DNA from: Candidatus Vogelbacteria bacterium
Lineage (GTDB): Bacteria > Patescibacteriota > Minisyncoccia > Phycocordibacterales > XYD1-FULL-46-19
Length of the DNA: 64,000 nucleotides
Assembly (NCBI GenBank): GCA_903878275.1
Contig: CAIRHC010000006.1
Coordinates: forward strand, 79,633 to 143,632
Reading direction: 5' to 3'
Shown here: piece after piece, positions 1 to 9,793 of the stretch
Position numbering within the stretch: the stretch's first letter is position 1
Layout: the number at the start of each line of letters is the position of its first letter
The notes under the pieces: model-generated
What the model saw: only the letters and a program-made list of their open reading frames with translations
Told to the model about the DNA's origin: nothing
Databases searched by the model: none
Made by a program: the position numbers and the translations under genes

Positions 1-62
1 ACTTTCATTCAACGGCACCGTCAAAAGAATGAAAACTGTTGACGTTATCTAAAGAAAATCTC

Positions 63-102
63 AAAAAAATACTCGGCAAATTAACTTGTCGAGTATTTTT
101 TT
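63..102. terminator. Bidirectional hairpin terminator (atactcg...cgagtat) flanked by an A-run and a T-run, downstream of rplI
   Basis: 7-bp inverted repeat with a 14-nt loop, A8 upstream and T9 downstream; sits just after the rplI stop. Confidence 0.45.
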
Positions 103-113
103 AATTAATGTTT

Positions 114-557
114 CTAGATCTTTTCAATCAAGATTGAAACTTCCGCGCTTTTATCCCCTTTTTGCAACTTGATAGTTTGTTCGCCAAGCTCTTTGATTGG
201 TTTGGCAATTTTTATCCACGCTCGATCGGTCGCGATACTGGTTTCTTTAAAAATTTTGTCGGCAATATCACCTTCGTGCAAACCGGCAAACAGGTGCCCC
301 GCTGGATTGGCTTTGGCTTTGATCACAATTTTTGTCTCTTTTAATTTCTCAATCAACAATTCAAAATTCCTCTCACCGTGTTCGGCGCTAATTATGGTGT
401 TCTTTTTTAAGGCATTGATTTTCGCAATATTGGCAGGTGTCGCCACCATCGCCTTGCCAGTGTTTATAAGAAAATTACGAGCAAAACCATCCGAAGCCTC
501 CTTGATTTCGTGCTTCCGCCCAAACTTTGCCACATCTTGAAGTAAGATTACTTTCAT
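114..557 (-). CDS. rplI: 50S ribosomal protein L9
   Basis: N-terminus [13 protein letters not shown]...GYARNFL with a two-domain L9 architecture; 147 aa. Confidence 0.85.
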   Translation of the reverse strand: MKVILLQDVAKFGRKHEIKEASDGFARNFLINTGKAMVATPANIAKINALKKNTIISAEHGERNFELLIEKLKETKIVIKAKANPAGHLFAGLHEGDIADKIFKETSIATDRAWIKIAKPIKELGEQTIKLQKGDKSAEVSILIEKI

Positions 558-568
558 AAAATTAATAT

Positions 569-982
569 TTAATTTACTTTTTCAATTTGTTTTATAAAAT
601 CTTCAATATCAGGCAAACGATTCTGTAAAATATCATAGACTATATCATAATTTAAATTTTCATAATCGTGAGCCACTAAATTACGGAAACCGGTCATTTT
701 AATTAATTTTTCCGCCAAATCGGCACTAATTAAATTGTTTTCTTCTAAAATATTAAAGGACTCACTTAAAGTCGAAGGTTTGCGTAAATTTTTGTAAGAA
801 ATCGTCGCCTCGGCTAAGTCGATCGCTGCCTGAATTGCCAGATATAAATAACGTTCAATCGCCCCACGCAAATCGACAGCTGTTTCAATTTCCGGTCGAG
901 CATACTTTTTGTAGTCAGCCAAAATAGCCAGATATTTTTTAACCGAACTTATTTTATTTTCAATAATGGCAAAATTGGTCAT
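569..982 (-). CDS. HEPN-domain toxin (HepT/DUF86 family) of a HEPN/MNT toxin-antitoxin pair
   Basis: 137 aa with the R-x4-HD motif (RNLVAHDY); lies 8 nt downstream of a small nucleotidyltransferase gene on the same strand. Confidence 0.65.
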   Translation of the reverse strand: MTNFAIIENKISSVKKYLAILADYKKYARPEIETAVDLRGAIERYLYLAIQAAIDLAEATISYKNLRKPSTLSESFNILEENNLISADLAEKLIKMTGFRNLVAHDYENLNYDIVYDILQNRLPDIEDFIKQIEKVN

Positions 983-990
983 CGTCTTTT

Positions 991-1383
991 TTAAACTTTA
1001 GTCAATTGATAATGGCGTAAAATTTCTCTAAAATCAAAGTACTCATTTAAGATTTGTGGTTCAACAATCAATCGAGCTGGTTCAATCTCGTGCAATACTC
1101 GGCCATTTTTTATAATCTCATATTTTAATTCAGGTGCGGTCGTGTTATTAAGTAAAACTAAGTCTACTTGATCAGAGCCGACAATTTGTGATAATTCGGT
1201 TTGTATTTTTAAGCGCAAATCACCACCAGCCAAACTGTCCAGCCCTTCAAAATAAACAGCAAAATCATAATCGCTAGTCGGACCAGCAGTATCATTGGCA
1301 CGCGAACCAAACAAATACGCCAGCTCAACAGCCGGATATTTTTTAAACATTTCACTAATTTTTAATTCCAGTTCTTTAGTCAT
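991..1383 (-). CDS. Minimal nucleotidyltransferase (MntA-type antitoxin)
   Basis: 130 aa with the GSxA(N)...DxD nucleotidyltransferase signature (LFGSRANDT...SDYDFAV); paired with the HEPN gene. Confidence 0.65.
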   Translation of the reverse strand: MTKELELKISEMFKKYPAVELAYLFGSRANDTAGPTSDYDFAVYFEGLDSLAGGDLRLKIQTELSQIVGSDQVDLVLLNNTTAPELKYEIIKNGRVLHEIEPARLIVEPQILNEYFDFREILRHYQLTKV

Positions 1384-1419
1384 ACAAATGCAACACTATC
1401 ATTATCGCATAAAATAACC

Positions 1420-1524
1420 CTAAGAGCAAAAAGGTTCAAAATTACGAGCAAAACCATCCGAAGCCTCCTTGATTTCGTGCTTCCGCCCAAACTTTGCCAC
1501 ATCTTGAAGTAGTATGATTTTCAT
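1420..1524 (-). pseudogene. Duplicated 5' fragment of rplI (34 codons then a stop)
   Basis: Positions 1437-1510 are identical to 471-544, which is the rplI start region; translation reads [29 protein letters not shown] then frame exit and a stop. Confidence 0.6.
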
Positions 1525-1628
1525 ATCTTCATCTTACTTAAATTTAGAGTTTTTTCAATAGGAGTCAATAATCCAAGTCTGTCTTCATCTACTTTATTTT
1601 TTACATTTAATAAGTTACACTTTTAAAG

Positions 1629-2672
1629 ATGGGTATCGAAACTAACGAAACACTTAAATTACCTTTTGATTATCCCCTGCCCGACAATATCGAGATAAAA
1701 GAAACTACCGCAGAAATTACTTCGGAAGCGGGGTTATTTTTAATGCCCAAAGATATGTTCTTTTTGTATTTTGAATCTTTTCGCATAAAAGATATCGACG
1801 ATTTTCACCGTCACTGTTTAAAATTTTTATCTCCTGACAAATATGAAAGAGACGACAACGTTAATCAAATCAAAAAAGAAATTGCTGAGTTTGCGGACAA
1901 TCAAGGTTTAAAGCTTGAAGATTACGTTGACGGTACCGGTCAACGTAATGATAAGACAGATGAACTTTACAACCTCCTTCCAAAAACAATAATGGATAAA
2001 ATAGCTTTTTATTGGTTCAATCTTAAATTCTCTTCCAGTTCGTCAGTCAACGACACTTTTAGTTATTTAGACCATAGCTATATGGGAAGTTCTTCTTCTA
2101 TGTTTTTTAATGTTCCATTTATGGGAGGATTTCATGCCGACAAAAATTGGCAAGATAAGACAAAAGAAAAAAGGGAAGAATTCTTAAAAAATCCAAACAA
2201 GCAAGCCCTTATTTTATTTGGTGGTGGAGATAATTCTATCTATACTAAAGGCATAGATGATCAATATAAGTTTTGTGATACAGAAAACCAGAAGATAAAA
2301 GAGCAAGTTAAAAATTATTTAGAGAAAATTTATGAAACATCGGGCACAAAATCTGTACCTTTCAATCAGATCACTTCTATAAGACTCGTTATGCACCCAG
2401 TAGATTTCGACGATGAGATGTGGGCTATTCCAGAACCAGAGACACTCGAATTTATTGCTAATAAAAACATCGTTTTGGCCGTCTCTGAACCAGACCTAAT
2501 AAAAAATTTAAGGCCAAAAAAAGAAGACTGCCTGCTGGCTGATACCATTATTAACAAAAACGGTGACAAACATTGGATTGCGATGGAAACAACTGAATTC
2601 ACCCACACAATGAATTTTATCGAAGAAACTCCAAACTGGTACGACAGATACTTGGATCGTATTACAAAATAA
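1629..2672 (+). CDS. Hypothetical protein (347 aa, no recognised domain)
   Basis: Long ORF with coding-like composition; no motif recognised. Confidence 0.45.
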   Translation: MGIETNETLKLPFDYPLPDNIEIKETTAEITSEAGLFLMPKDMFFLYFESFRIKDIDDFHRHCLKFLSPDKYERDDNVNQIKKEIAEFADNQGLKLEDYVDGTGQRNDKTDELYNLLPKTIMDKIAFYWFNLKFSSSSSVNDTFSYLDHSYMGSSSSMFFNVPFMGGFHADKNWQDKTKEKREEFLKNPNKQALILFGGGDNSIYTKGIDDQYKFCDTENQKIKEQVKNYLEKIYETSGTKSVPFNQITSIRLVMHPVDFDDEMWAIPEPETLEFIANKNIVLAVSEPDLIKNLRPKKEDCLLADTIINKNGDKHWIAMETTEFTHTMNFIEETPNWYDRYLDRITK

Positions 2673-2678
2673 TTCATA

Positions 2679-3404
2679 CTAAGTTGAAGTTGGAATATCT
2701 TCCTTTTTTATTACTTCAGTACGTGAATCCCGCCAAATAACTGCCCCTCCATCTTTTAACACTCTTTTTATTTGAGGATTCAAGATTGTACGTATTTTAT
2801 TCAAAGGATCCCGCTCCCCCATTTCAGGTGAATCAAGAAGAAGAGATGCCAAAAAAAGATCAGCAGAGTCATCTGGTAAAATATCTAATGCACCAGGAAG
2901 AGAAATATCTACATGATGATGTTCAAATTCTTCACCATCTAAATTCCCAACATCAAAACCGATTGGTTTAGCCCCGATTTCAACCAGCGCTCTAGATATC
3001 CATGGTTCAAAGCTTCTGCCAAACATACTTGCATCATAAGTTCCACCGGTAGAACCACAACCAAGGTCAACTACAACCTTACCCCTTAACTCAAAATCTG
3101 TTGCCTCCAACATCTTTCCTAGTACCAACGACAACTTATCTCTAAGGGAGTTAGTCTCCTTCTTATACTTTTTATACTTTTCTGGGTCCAATCTGTCTTC
3201 AGGCCTCTCATATTTTGAAATAAGTTTTGGTGCCAGAATATTACCAACAAAAACATTATCTGGATCTTTTTCTTCCTTAATTAAATCTAATATCTCAGTA
3301 AGCTTCTCTTGAAACGGTAATTCTTCGGAAACAAGACCCACAACAACTGGTACCGTATCAGTTAGCGGGTTTATTGATTTTTGATCATCAGAAATTTTTT
3401 CCAT
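2679..3404 (-). CDS. Class I SAM-dependent methyltransferase
   Basis: Motif I VVDLGCGSTGG followed by acidic motif II/III-like residues. Confidence 0.55.
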   Translation of the reverse strand: MEKISDDQKSINPLTDTVPVVVGLVSEELPFQEKLTEILDLIKEEKDPDNVFVGNILAPKLISKYERPEDRLDPEKYKKYKKETNSLRDKLSLVLGKMLEATDFELRGKVVVDLGCGSTGGTYDASMFGRSFEPWISRALVEIGAKPIGFDVGNLDGEEFEHHHVDISLPGALDILPDDSADLFLASLLLDSPEMGERDPLNKIRTILNPQIKRVLKDGGAVIWRDSRTEVIKKEDIPTST

Positions 3405-3437
3405 AAATTTATTTTTTAATAATTAATAATTAATATT

Positions 3438-4703
3438 TTATTTCTTCACCGCAGGTTGGGACGCTACTTTCTCACCGAGCAAAATTTTCACGGCGGCTTC
3501 TTGTTGTGGGTCTGTCCCAGCTTTAAATGCTTCTTCGGTAAATGGAATTTCGATTTCCGGAGTGATGCCACTTTTGGAAATTGATTTTCCTAGCGGTGTG
3601 TACCATTTGGCAATCGTGATTTTAATCGAACTATCGCTCGTGAGTGGCACCAATTCTTGCACCGAACCTTTTCCAAAAGTCGTCTCCCCCACCAATGTTG
3701 CAATTTTATATTCTGATAACGCACCTGCTAAAATTTCCGATGCCGAGGCGCTCCCACGGTCAACCAGAATTACCATTTTTAATTTATCAGTGAAAACATC
3801 ATAACCTCGGCTCTTATAAACTTTATCTTCACCACCATCGCCGTGTTTTTCGATGACAATCGGTTTATCTTTTGGCAAAAACCAACTTGCCATATCGGTC
3901 GCCGCTTCGAGAAAACCGCCAGGATTGCCACGTAAATCAATGATTAGTTTATCAGTCTTGGCATTAATAAAGTCGCGCAAAGCTTGGCGGAACAAATCTG
4001 CCGACGGCGCCGAAAAATTATAAAGTTTGATTACAAAAATACCATTGTCTAAAGTCTTTGTGTCTAAAGTCGGAATTGTAATAGTATCTCGAATGACCGT
4101 AATATCAATCGGCTTGTCCACTTTTTCGCGTGCCAAAATAAATTTTACTGGCTTGCCTTTTTCACCTCGAATCAGACTGACAGCTTCGTCGGTGCTCATA
4201 TCTGAAGTTATCGTATCATCAATTTTCAAAATTTTATCACCAGCTAAAATTCCCGCTTTCTTAGCCGGTGAATCTGGCAATGGCGCAATGACCGTGACAA
4301 TGCCGTCTTTTATTCCCACTTCCATACCAACACCACTAAAATTGCCACTGATGTCATCTTCGAAGCGTTTCTTTTTTTCTGGTGGCAAAAATACGGTATA
4401 AGGATCGCCGAGAGAATTGACCAGACCAGAAACCGCGCCCCAGACCTTATCTTGATCGGTGATTTTCGGGCTAGATGTACTGTGATCGATAACATATTTT
4501 TCATTCAAAATAGACCAGGCTTTCCAAAAAGGGGAAAAATCAACATTGCCCGGTTTGTCGTTTTCTTTATTCAAAAGAACCGAGACTTTTTCCACCGCCG
4601 GACGATTGCCATAACCAAAACGGACCCCAACAAAAAAAGCCGCGGTCACGCAAAGCACAAAAACAATAATAAAAAAGATTCTCAACCCCCGGCTGTTACT
4701 CAT
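3438..4703 (-). CDS. ctpA: Carboxyl-terminal processing (S41) peptidase with PDZ domain
   Basis: N-terminal TM/signal, PDZ region, S41 catalytic region ...VILVDRGSASASEILAGAL...TFGKGSVQ. Confidence 0.75.
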   Translation of the reverse strand: MSNSRGLRIFFIIVFVLCVTAAFFVGVRFGYGNRPAVEKVSVLLNKENDKPGNVDFSPFWKAWSILNEKYVIDHSTSSPKITDQDKVWGAVSGLVNSLGDPYTVFLPPEKKKRFEDDISGNFSGVGMEVGIKDGIVTVIAPLPDSPAKKAGILAGDKILKIDDTITSDMSTDEAVSLIRGEKGKPVKFILAREKVDKPIDITVIRDTITIPTLDTKTLDNGIFVIKLYNFSAPSADLFRQALRDFINAKTDKLIIDLRGNPGGFLEAATDMASWFLPKDKPIVIEKHGDGGEDKVYKSRGYDVFTDKLKMVILVDRGSASASEILAGALSEYKIATLVGETTFGKGSVQELVPLTSDSSIKITIAKWYTPLGKSISKSGITPEIEIPFTEEAFKAGTDPQQEAAVKILLGEKVASQPAVKK

Positions 4704-4766
4704 TAATCATATTATCGCAAAGTATCCACTTGTGGTCAATCTTTTAAAAGAATATAATTATTATCA

Positions 4767-5702
4767 ATGATCAAGCAAATAAAATATAAGAATATCACAT
4801 GGATCGATGTCAATGCACCGACCAAAGAAGAAATTGATTCTTTGTCAAAAGAGTACGATATTCATACAATTGTTCACACCGAATTGATGCACCCTAGTCC
4901 CCGCTCAAAAGTTGATCTGTACGATAATTTTATTTATTTGATTTTGCACTTTCCATCAGAGCATTTTTTCAAAGATGAAGATGATGACGAAGATGGCACC
5001 AAGGAAGTCGATTTTGTTTTGGGTAAAGATTTTATTATCACCACACATTACGAGAGTATCCAGCCACTCGAAGATTTTTCCAACATTTTACAAGCTGGCG
5101 AACATGTCAAAACCAAAAAAGAAAAAGATGCTCACGCTGGCTATTTGTTCTATTATATCATCCGCGAGCTTTATCAATCACTCGAGCCAGGGCTTGATTA
5201 TATCAACAACAACCTAAAACGCGTCGAGCGAAAAATTTTCTCTGGTCACGAAAAAGAAATGGTGCGGACTTTATCAAATATGAATCGCAGTTTGCTTGAT
5301 TTGAAATGGGCACTCAAAGGTCATCGCGAAGTTCTCAATTCTCTGGAAATTGCCGCCAAAGAATTTTACGGCGATAGGTTTGGTTATCACTTAAAAACAA
5401 TTGTCAGTGAATACGAAAAAGTTTTTGGTATTCTGGAAAACAATGAAGAAAATTTCCAGCAACTCCGCAACACCAACGAATCAATGCTGTCTATTCAATC
5501 CAACGAAATAATGAAGACCGTGACGATTCTGGCGTATGTTTTCTTGCCGGTCACTTTGATTGGTACCATTTTTGGAATGAGCGGTCTGGATACGAATATG
5601 CCAATAATCAAATCGCCGAGCGGATTCTTCATTGTCTTGGGCTTAATGTTCCTGACTTCCGTTTTGATGATTGTTCTGGTAAAATTCAAGAAATGGCTTT
5701 AA
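4767..5702 (+). CDS. corA: CorA-family divalent cation transporter (GMN motif replaced by GMS)
   Basis: Cytoplasmic N-domain plus two C-terminal TM helices with ...IFGMSGLD... where CorA carries YGMNF. Confidence 0.6.
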   Translation: MIKQIKYKNITWIDVNAPTKEEIDSLSKEYDIHTIVHTELMHPSPRSKVDLYDNFIYLILHFPSEHFFKDEDDDEDGTKEVDFVLGKDFIITTHYESIQPLEDFSNILQAGEHVKTKKEKDAHAGYLFYYIIRELYQSLEPGLDYINNNLKRVERKIFSGHEKEMVRTLSNMNRSLLDLKWALKGHREVLNSLEIAAKEFYGDRFGYHLKTIVSEYEKVFGILENNEENFQQLRNTNESMLSIQSNEIMKTVTILAYVFLPVTLIGTIFGMSGLDTNMPIIKSPSGFFIVLGLMFLTSVLMIVLVKFKKWL

Positions 5703-6940
5703 ATTTCCAAAATACCCTGACCAAGCAAAAAGAGCTTTTCAAACTAGCCGACCCGGAAAATAAGCGGGTTAATTTTTATGCTTGTGGACCGACCGTCTAT
5801 AATTATGCTCATATCGGCAACTTGCGAAGCTACGTTTTTGCTGATGTTGCTTATCGTGCTTTAAAATTTGACGGCTACCAGCCAAAATGGGTAATGAACA
5901 TTACTGATGTTGATGACAAAACCATCCGAGGTACGATCGCCGAATTCGGCGAAAAAGCAAAAGTCGATGATTTAAAAAAATATACGGAAAAATTTACCGA
6001 AGCTTTTTTTGCCGACTTAGACAAACTAAATATTTTACGCGACCAAATTACTTTTATTAAAGTCACGGATGTCATCCCCGAGATTCAGGATTTTATTGTT
6101 AAATTGATTGACAAGGGTTACGCCTACCGTGCCGACGATGGAAGCACTTATTTTAGTATTGAAAAATATCAAAAAGATTTTGGTAATTACGGCGAACTCG
6201 TCGGTGATAAATTTCTAGAAGGCAAAAAAATCGGCGCAAGGGTTAAAGTTGACGAATACGAAAAAGATAATTTAAGTGATTTTGCTTTGTGGAAAGCTCA
6301 CGCCATAGATGATGCTCAAATTTTTTGGGATCATCCGGTGCTCGGCAAAGGTCGCCCGGGCTGGCACATTGAATGCTCGGCAATCAACCAAAAAGCTTTT
6401 GGCGACCAAACAACAGACATTCACACTGGCGGTATTGATTTAATTTTTCCTCATCACACAAACGAAATCGCTCAATCCGAAGCTTTGAACGGAAAAAAGT
6501 TTGTCAATTATTGGCTTCACGCCGAACATCTTTTGGTAGACAACAAAAAAATGGCAAAATCCGCCGATAATTTTTACACCTTAAAAGATTTAGAGAACAA
6601 AAATTTTGATCCCATTATTTTTCGTTATCTTTTACTGCAAACCAGTTTTACTCAAAAAATAAATTTCACTTGGGAATCTTTAAACTCCGCCCAAAAAGGC
6701 TACGAAAATATAAAAAATAAAATTAAGGTTTTAGGAAGTCCAACTTCAAGTGAGCCCGAAGTTGGACTTCAAGAAACCGAAAATTATCTAGCCAACTTCG
6801 CTAAAAACATCTCCAGTCTAAATACCGCCGGCGCTCTTGGTTTGATTTCTAAAATTTTTGCCGATAAAGAATTAACCGCCAGTCAAAAATTAGACCTAAT
6901 AAAATCATTTGACCAAGTTTTTGGCTTAAAATTAACTTGA
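5693..6940 (+). CDS. cysS: Cysteinyl-tRNA synthetase
   Basis: HIGN motif (AHIGNLRSY), KMSKS-type motif (KMAKS) and zinc-binding CGP/HxxxC/HTNE residues. Confidence 0.85.
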   Translation: MALNFQNTLTKQKELFKLADPENKRVNFYACGPTVYNYAHIGNLRSYVFADVAYRALKFDGYQPKWVMNITDVDDKTIRGTIAEFGEKAKVDDLKKYTEKFTEAFFADLDKLNILRDQITFIKVTDVIPEIQDFIVKLIDKGYAYRADDGSTYFSIEKYQKDFGNYGELVGDKFLEGKKIGARVKVDEYEKDNLSDFALWKAHAIDDAQIFWDHPVLGKGRPGWHIECSAINQKAFGDQTTDIHTGGIDLIFPHHTNEIAQSEALNGKKFVNYWLHAEHLLVDNKKMAKSADNFYTLKDLENKNFDPIIFRYLLLQTSFTQKINFTWESLNSAQKGYENIKNKIKVLGSPTSSEPEVGLQETENYLANFAKNISSLNTAGALGLISKIFADKELTASQKLDLIKSFDQVFGLKLT

Positions 6941-7038
6941 TTCTCCCCTATTTAGGAACAGTTTGTCCCCAAAATGGCAATTTTTAAGTCATTTTTGGGC
7001 TTTTCTTTTACTTGCACGCTTGTGCTAAAATAAAACCA

Positions 7039-8391
7039 ATGGCTTTAAAGCAACCATTCACAAATAATCTTCGTGTTCCACCACAAGACAACGACGCCGA
7101 GCAAGCCCTGCTCGGTTCAGTAATGATCAACCCGAAAAATTTGGTGGACATTTTAGACTTCTTAAAACCGGAAGATTTCTATTCAATGAAACACCAGCGG
7201 GTTTTCCGAGCGATGGTCACTCTTCACGAAAAAAGTGAGCCAGTTGATCTAGTATCTTTGTCGTCAAAATTGAAAGAAGAAAATTTATTAGAAACCATCG
7301 GTGGCTCTAGTTATCTGACCGAGCTGACAAACAAAGTCCCATCCGCTTCAAATTTAAAACATTACGCCGAGATGGTTTACAAAAAATCATCTTTGCGGAA
7401 TTTAATAAATTCCGCCGATCAAATTTCCAACCTTGGTTATCGCGAAAAAGATGATCTGAATGATATTATTGATCAAGCTCAAAAAATAATTTTTGGTCTC
7501 GGTAATTATGCTGGCAAAAAAATCACTTCAATCAAAGATTCTTTGTCCGAGGCTTGGGAACGGTTTGATCGTCTAAGTAAAAATGACGGCAGTCTTCGTG
7601 GTGTGCCGACTGGTTTTACCGACATCGATAAAAAACTTGCCGGTCTGCAAAATTCCGATTTAATAATTCTCGCCGCTCGCCCGTCAGTCGGTAAAACCGC
7701 TTTAGCGTTGGATATCGTTCGCCACGCCGCTTGTCGTAAAAAAATTCCAGTCTGCATTTTTTCTCTGGAAATGAGTGTGCAACAACTTACCGACCGCCTA
7801 CTTTCGGCGGAAAGTTTTGTGGATTCTTGGAAACTCCGCACCGGTGCTGTTCACGCTGATGAAGATTTTTCGCGCTTGCGTGACGGTCTGGATAGTTTAT
7901 CGCAAGCCCCAATTTATATCGACGACGAACCATCAAATAATATTTCTCGAATGAAATCCGAAGCCCGAAAATTAAAAGCTGAAAAAGGTTTGGGATTGAT
8001 TGTCGTGGACTACTTGCAACTAATGGTGCCAAAAAGAGAAACCGACTCTCAAGTCCAAATGGTCACCGAAATTTCTCGCTCACTCAAAGCGCTCGCTCGT
8101 GAGCTTGATGTCCCCGTCCTTGCTTTATCCCAGCTGTCTCGTGCCGTAGAAAGCCGTGGTGGCAAACCTCGGCTTTCCGACCTTCGCGACTCTGGCTCCA
8201 TCGAACAAGATGCCGACGTGGTAATGTTTATTCATCGTGAAAAAGCGGAAGGTGCCAGTGAAAAAGGTGAGATCGCCGAAATCCTAATCGAAAAACACCG
8301 CAATGGTCCGACCGGCTCGGCACAACTATTCTTTGATAGCCGTCGCACCAGTTTTACCAATTTAGAAAAAGGTGACTTTGGCAGTTTTTAA
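7039..8391 (+). CDS. dnaB: Replicative DNA helicase DnaB
   Basis: N-terminal domain (PPQDNDAEQALLGSVM), Walker A (ARPSVGKTALALD) and the RecA-like core; an upstream in-frame start at 7012 is possible. Confidence 0.85.
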   Translation: MALKQPFTNNLRVPPQDNDAEQALLGSVMINPKNLVDILDFLKPEDFYSMKHQRVFRAMVTLHEKSEPVDLVSLSSKLKEENLLETIGGSSYLTELTNKVPSASNLKHYAEMVYKKSSLRNLINSADQISNLGYREKDDLNDIIDQAQKIIFGLGNYAGKKITSIKDSLSEAWERFDRLSKNDGSLRGVPTGFTDIDKKLAGLQNSDLIILAARPSVGKTALALDIVRHAACRKKIPVCIFSLEMSVQQLTDRLLSAESFVDSWKLRTGAVHADEDFSRLRDGLDSLSQAPIYIDDEPSNNISRMKSEARKLKAEKGLGLIVVDYLQLMVPKRETDSQVQMVTEISRSLKALARELDVPVLALSQLSRAVESRGGKPRLSDLRDSGSIEQDADVVMFIHREKAEGASEKGEIAEILIEKHRNGPTGSAQLFFDSRRTSFTNLEKGDFGSF

Positions 8392-8394
8392 TTT

Positions 8395-9024
8395 ATGGAC
8401 TCAAACCCAATCGTAAAACTCACCGAACTCTTTCGTCATTTCCCCGGTCTTGGTCCGCGACAAGCCAGACGTTTTGTTTATCATCTTCTGGCACAAGATA
8501 AAAGTTTTCAAGATCAGCTAGTTTATAATATTTCTAATTTAAAAAAAATGGTTTTACAATGTCCAGATTGTTATCGTTTTTTTGCCGTTTCGGAAAATCA
8601 TCAAAATGACATTCGATGTAAAATTTGTACCGACAAAACTCGTGACGCCAAACAACTAATGATCGTCGAAAAAGATGTTGATATGGAAGCCATTCAGCGC
8701 GCCGGTTCTTATTCTGGTCATTATTTTGTGCTCGGCGGAAACTTACCACTCATCGAAAAAAAGAATAGCGCGGTGATTAGGCTCGCCGAGCTAAAAAACA
8801 TTCTTCAGTCAAAAATAAAAAATGGTTTAAAAGAAATCATTATCGCCCTTTCTGCCAGCACCGAAGGTGATCACACCGCCGATTACCTACGACACGAATT
8901 GATTTCTATGGCCGATACCAACAACATCAAAATTACGATTCTCGGTCGCGGACTTTCGACCGGTAGCGAGATCGAATATGCCGATACAGAGACCATCCGA
9001 AATGCTTTATTAAATAGGCACTAA
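8395..9024 (+). CDS. recR: Recombination protein RecR
   Basis: HhH N-terminus, C4 zinc finger (CPDC...CKIC), Toprim with TEGDHTADY. Confidence 0.8.
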   Translation: MDSNPIVKLTELFRHFPGLGPRQARRFVYHLLAQDKSFQDQLVYNISNLKKMVLQCPDCYRFFAVSENHQNDIRCKICTDKTRDAKQLMIVEKDVDMEAIQRAGSYSGHYFVLGGNLPLIEKKNSAVIRLAELKNILQSKIKNGLKEIIIALSASTEGDHTADYLRHELISMADTNNIKITILGRGLSTGSEIEYADTETIRNALLNRH

Positions 9025-9050
9025 AAAATCGCCCAGCCGGGCGATTTTTA
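9024..9050. terminator. Bidirectional terminator shared by recR (+) and rplU (-)
   Basis: Hairpin tcgccc-agcc-gggcga with an A-run upstream and a T-run downstream. Confidence 0.5.
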
Positions 9051-9052
9051 AA

Positions 9053-9364
9053 TTATCCAATTTTAGAAATTTTAACTTTAGTATATGGCTGACGATGACC
9101 ATTCTTCACGTGGTAGCGGACTTTGGCTTTGTACTTCAAAACCACCACTTTTTTGTCTCGCCCTTCTTCGATGAAATTGGCCATCACTTTGGCACCAGTC
9201 AGATATGGGTCGCCAATCTGCACACCTTTGTCGGTATTTATAAGTAAAACTTTATCAAAAGAAATATCACCACTTTCATCGGTTTTTGGCAACTTTTCCA
9301 CATTCAAAATATCGCCCTCGGCGACTTTGTACTGTTTTCCTCCTGTTTCGATAATGGCGAACAT
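9053..9364 (-). CDS. rplU: 50S ribosomal protein L21
   Basis: MFAIIETGGKQYKVAEGD... is the canonical L21 start; the ORF track extends 20 codons further upstream (to 9424), which is unlikely to be real. Confidence 0.8.
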   Translation of the reverse strand: MFAIIETGGKQYKVAEGDILNVEKLPKTDESGDISFDKVLLINTDKGVQIGDPYLTGAKVMANFIEEGRDKKVVVLKYKAKVRYHVKNGHRQPYTKVKISKIG

Positions 9365-9505
9365 AACCCCCGTATTATGGCAAAAAAGACCAAAAAATGC
9401 AAGTTTAGGTAAAGTTATACCCATATTGCCAATAACACCGTTTTAAATTAAAGTAATAGTGGATGTAAACCCCCGTTTTTTAAATCAAGCAGAAGGAGAA
9501 AGACG

Positions 9506-9760
9506 ATGTGCCAAAAATTTAGTTTTCAAGAAAGACGCCTGATTAGAGCTATCTGGAAGCGAGGCAAGGTCACCGATATGGTGGTCGCCCTAAGCGGAGT
9601 TTTTCGAAAACCGAGCCTGCGAAACCAACTAGACAGAGAAGGGCAAAAAGAGTTGGAAATAGGAATTTTGATAGTCGCTAACGACATGTACAAACAAAAA
9701 TCAGTTTGTCGTTTTCCCCACATAAAGGAAATCCTCCGGCTAAATAGCCTAAGGAACTAG
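9506..9760 (+). CDS. Candidate small basic protein (84 aa), or a structured RNA
   Basis: AGGAG lies 7 nt before the ATG, the ORF is followed by a strong terminator, but the protein has no recognisable features. Confidence 0.2.
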   Translation: MCQKFSFQERRLIRAIWKRGKVTDMVVALSGVFRKPSLRNQLDREGQKELEIGILIVANDMYKQKSVCRFPHIKEILRLNSLRN

Positions 9761-9793
9761 CCACTGTCCTCTTCTCCTCTCTGCATTTAGAAT

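Noticed and set aside
162-540. Plus-strand ORFs 162-344 and 169-540 overlapping rplI
   Set aside because: They are antisense to a confidently identified ribosomal protein gene and have no features of their own.
9365-9424. The 20-codon N-terminal extension of rplU (MGITLPKLAFFGLFCHNTGV)
   Set aside because: L21 proteins begin at the conserved M(F/Y)AII..GGKQ. The extension is hydrophobic and unconserved and probably reflects the ORF caller taking the longest frame.
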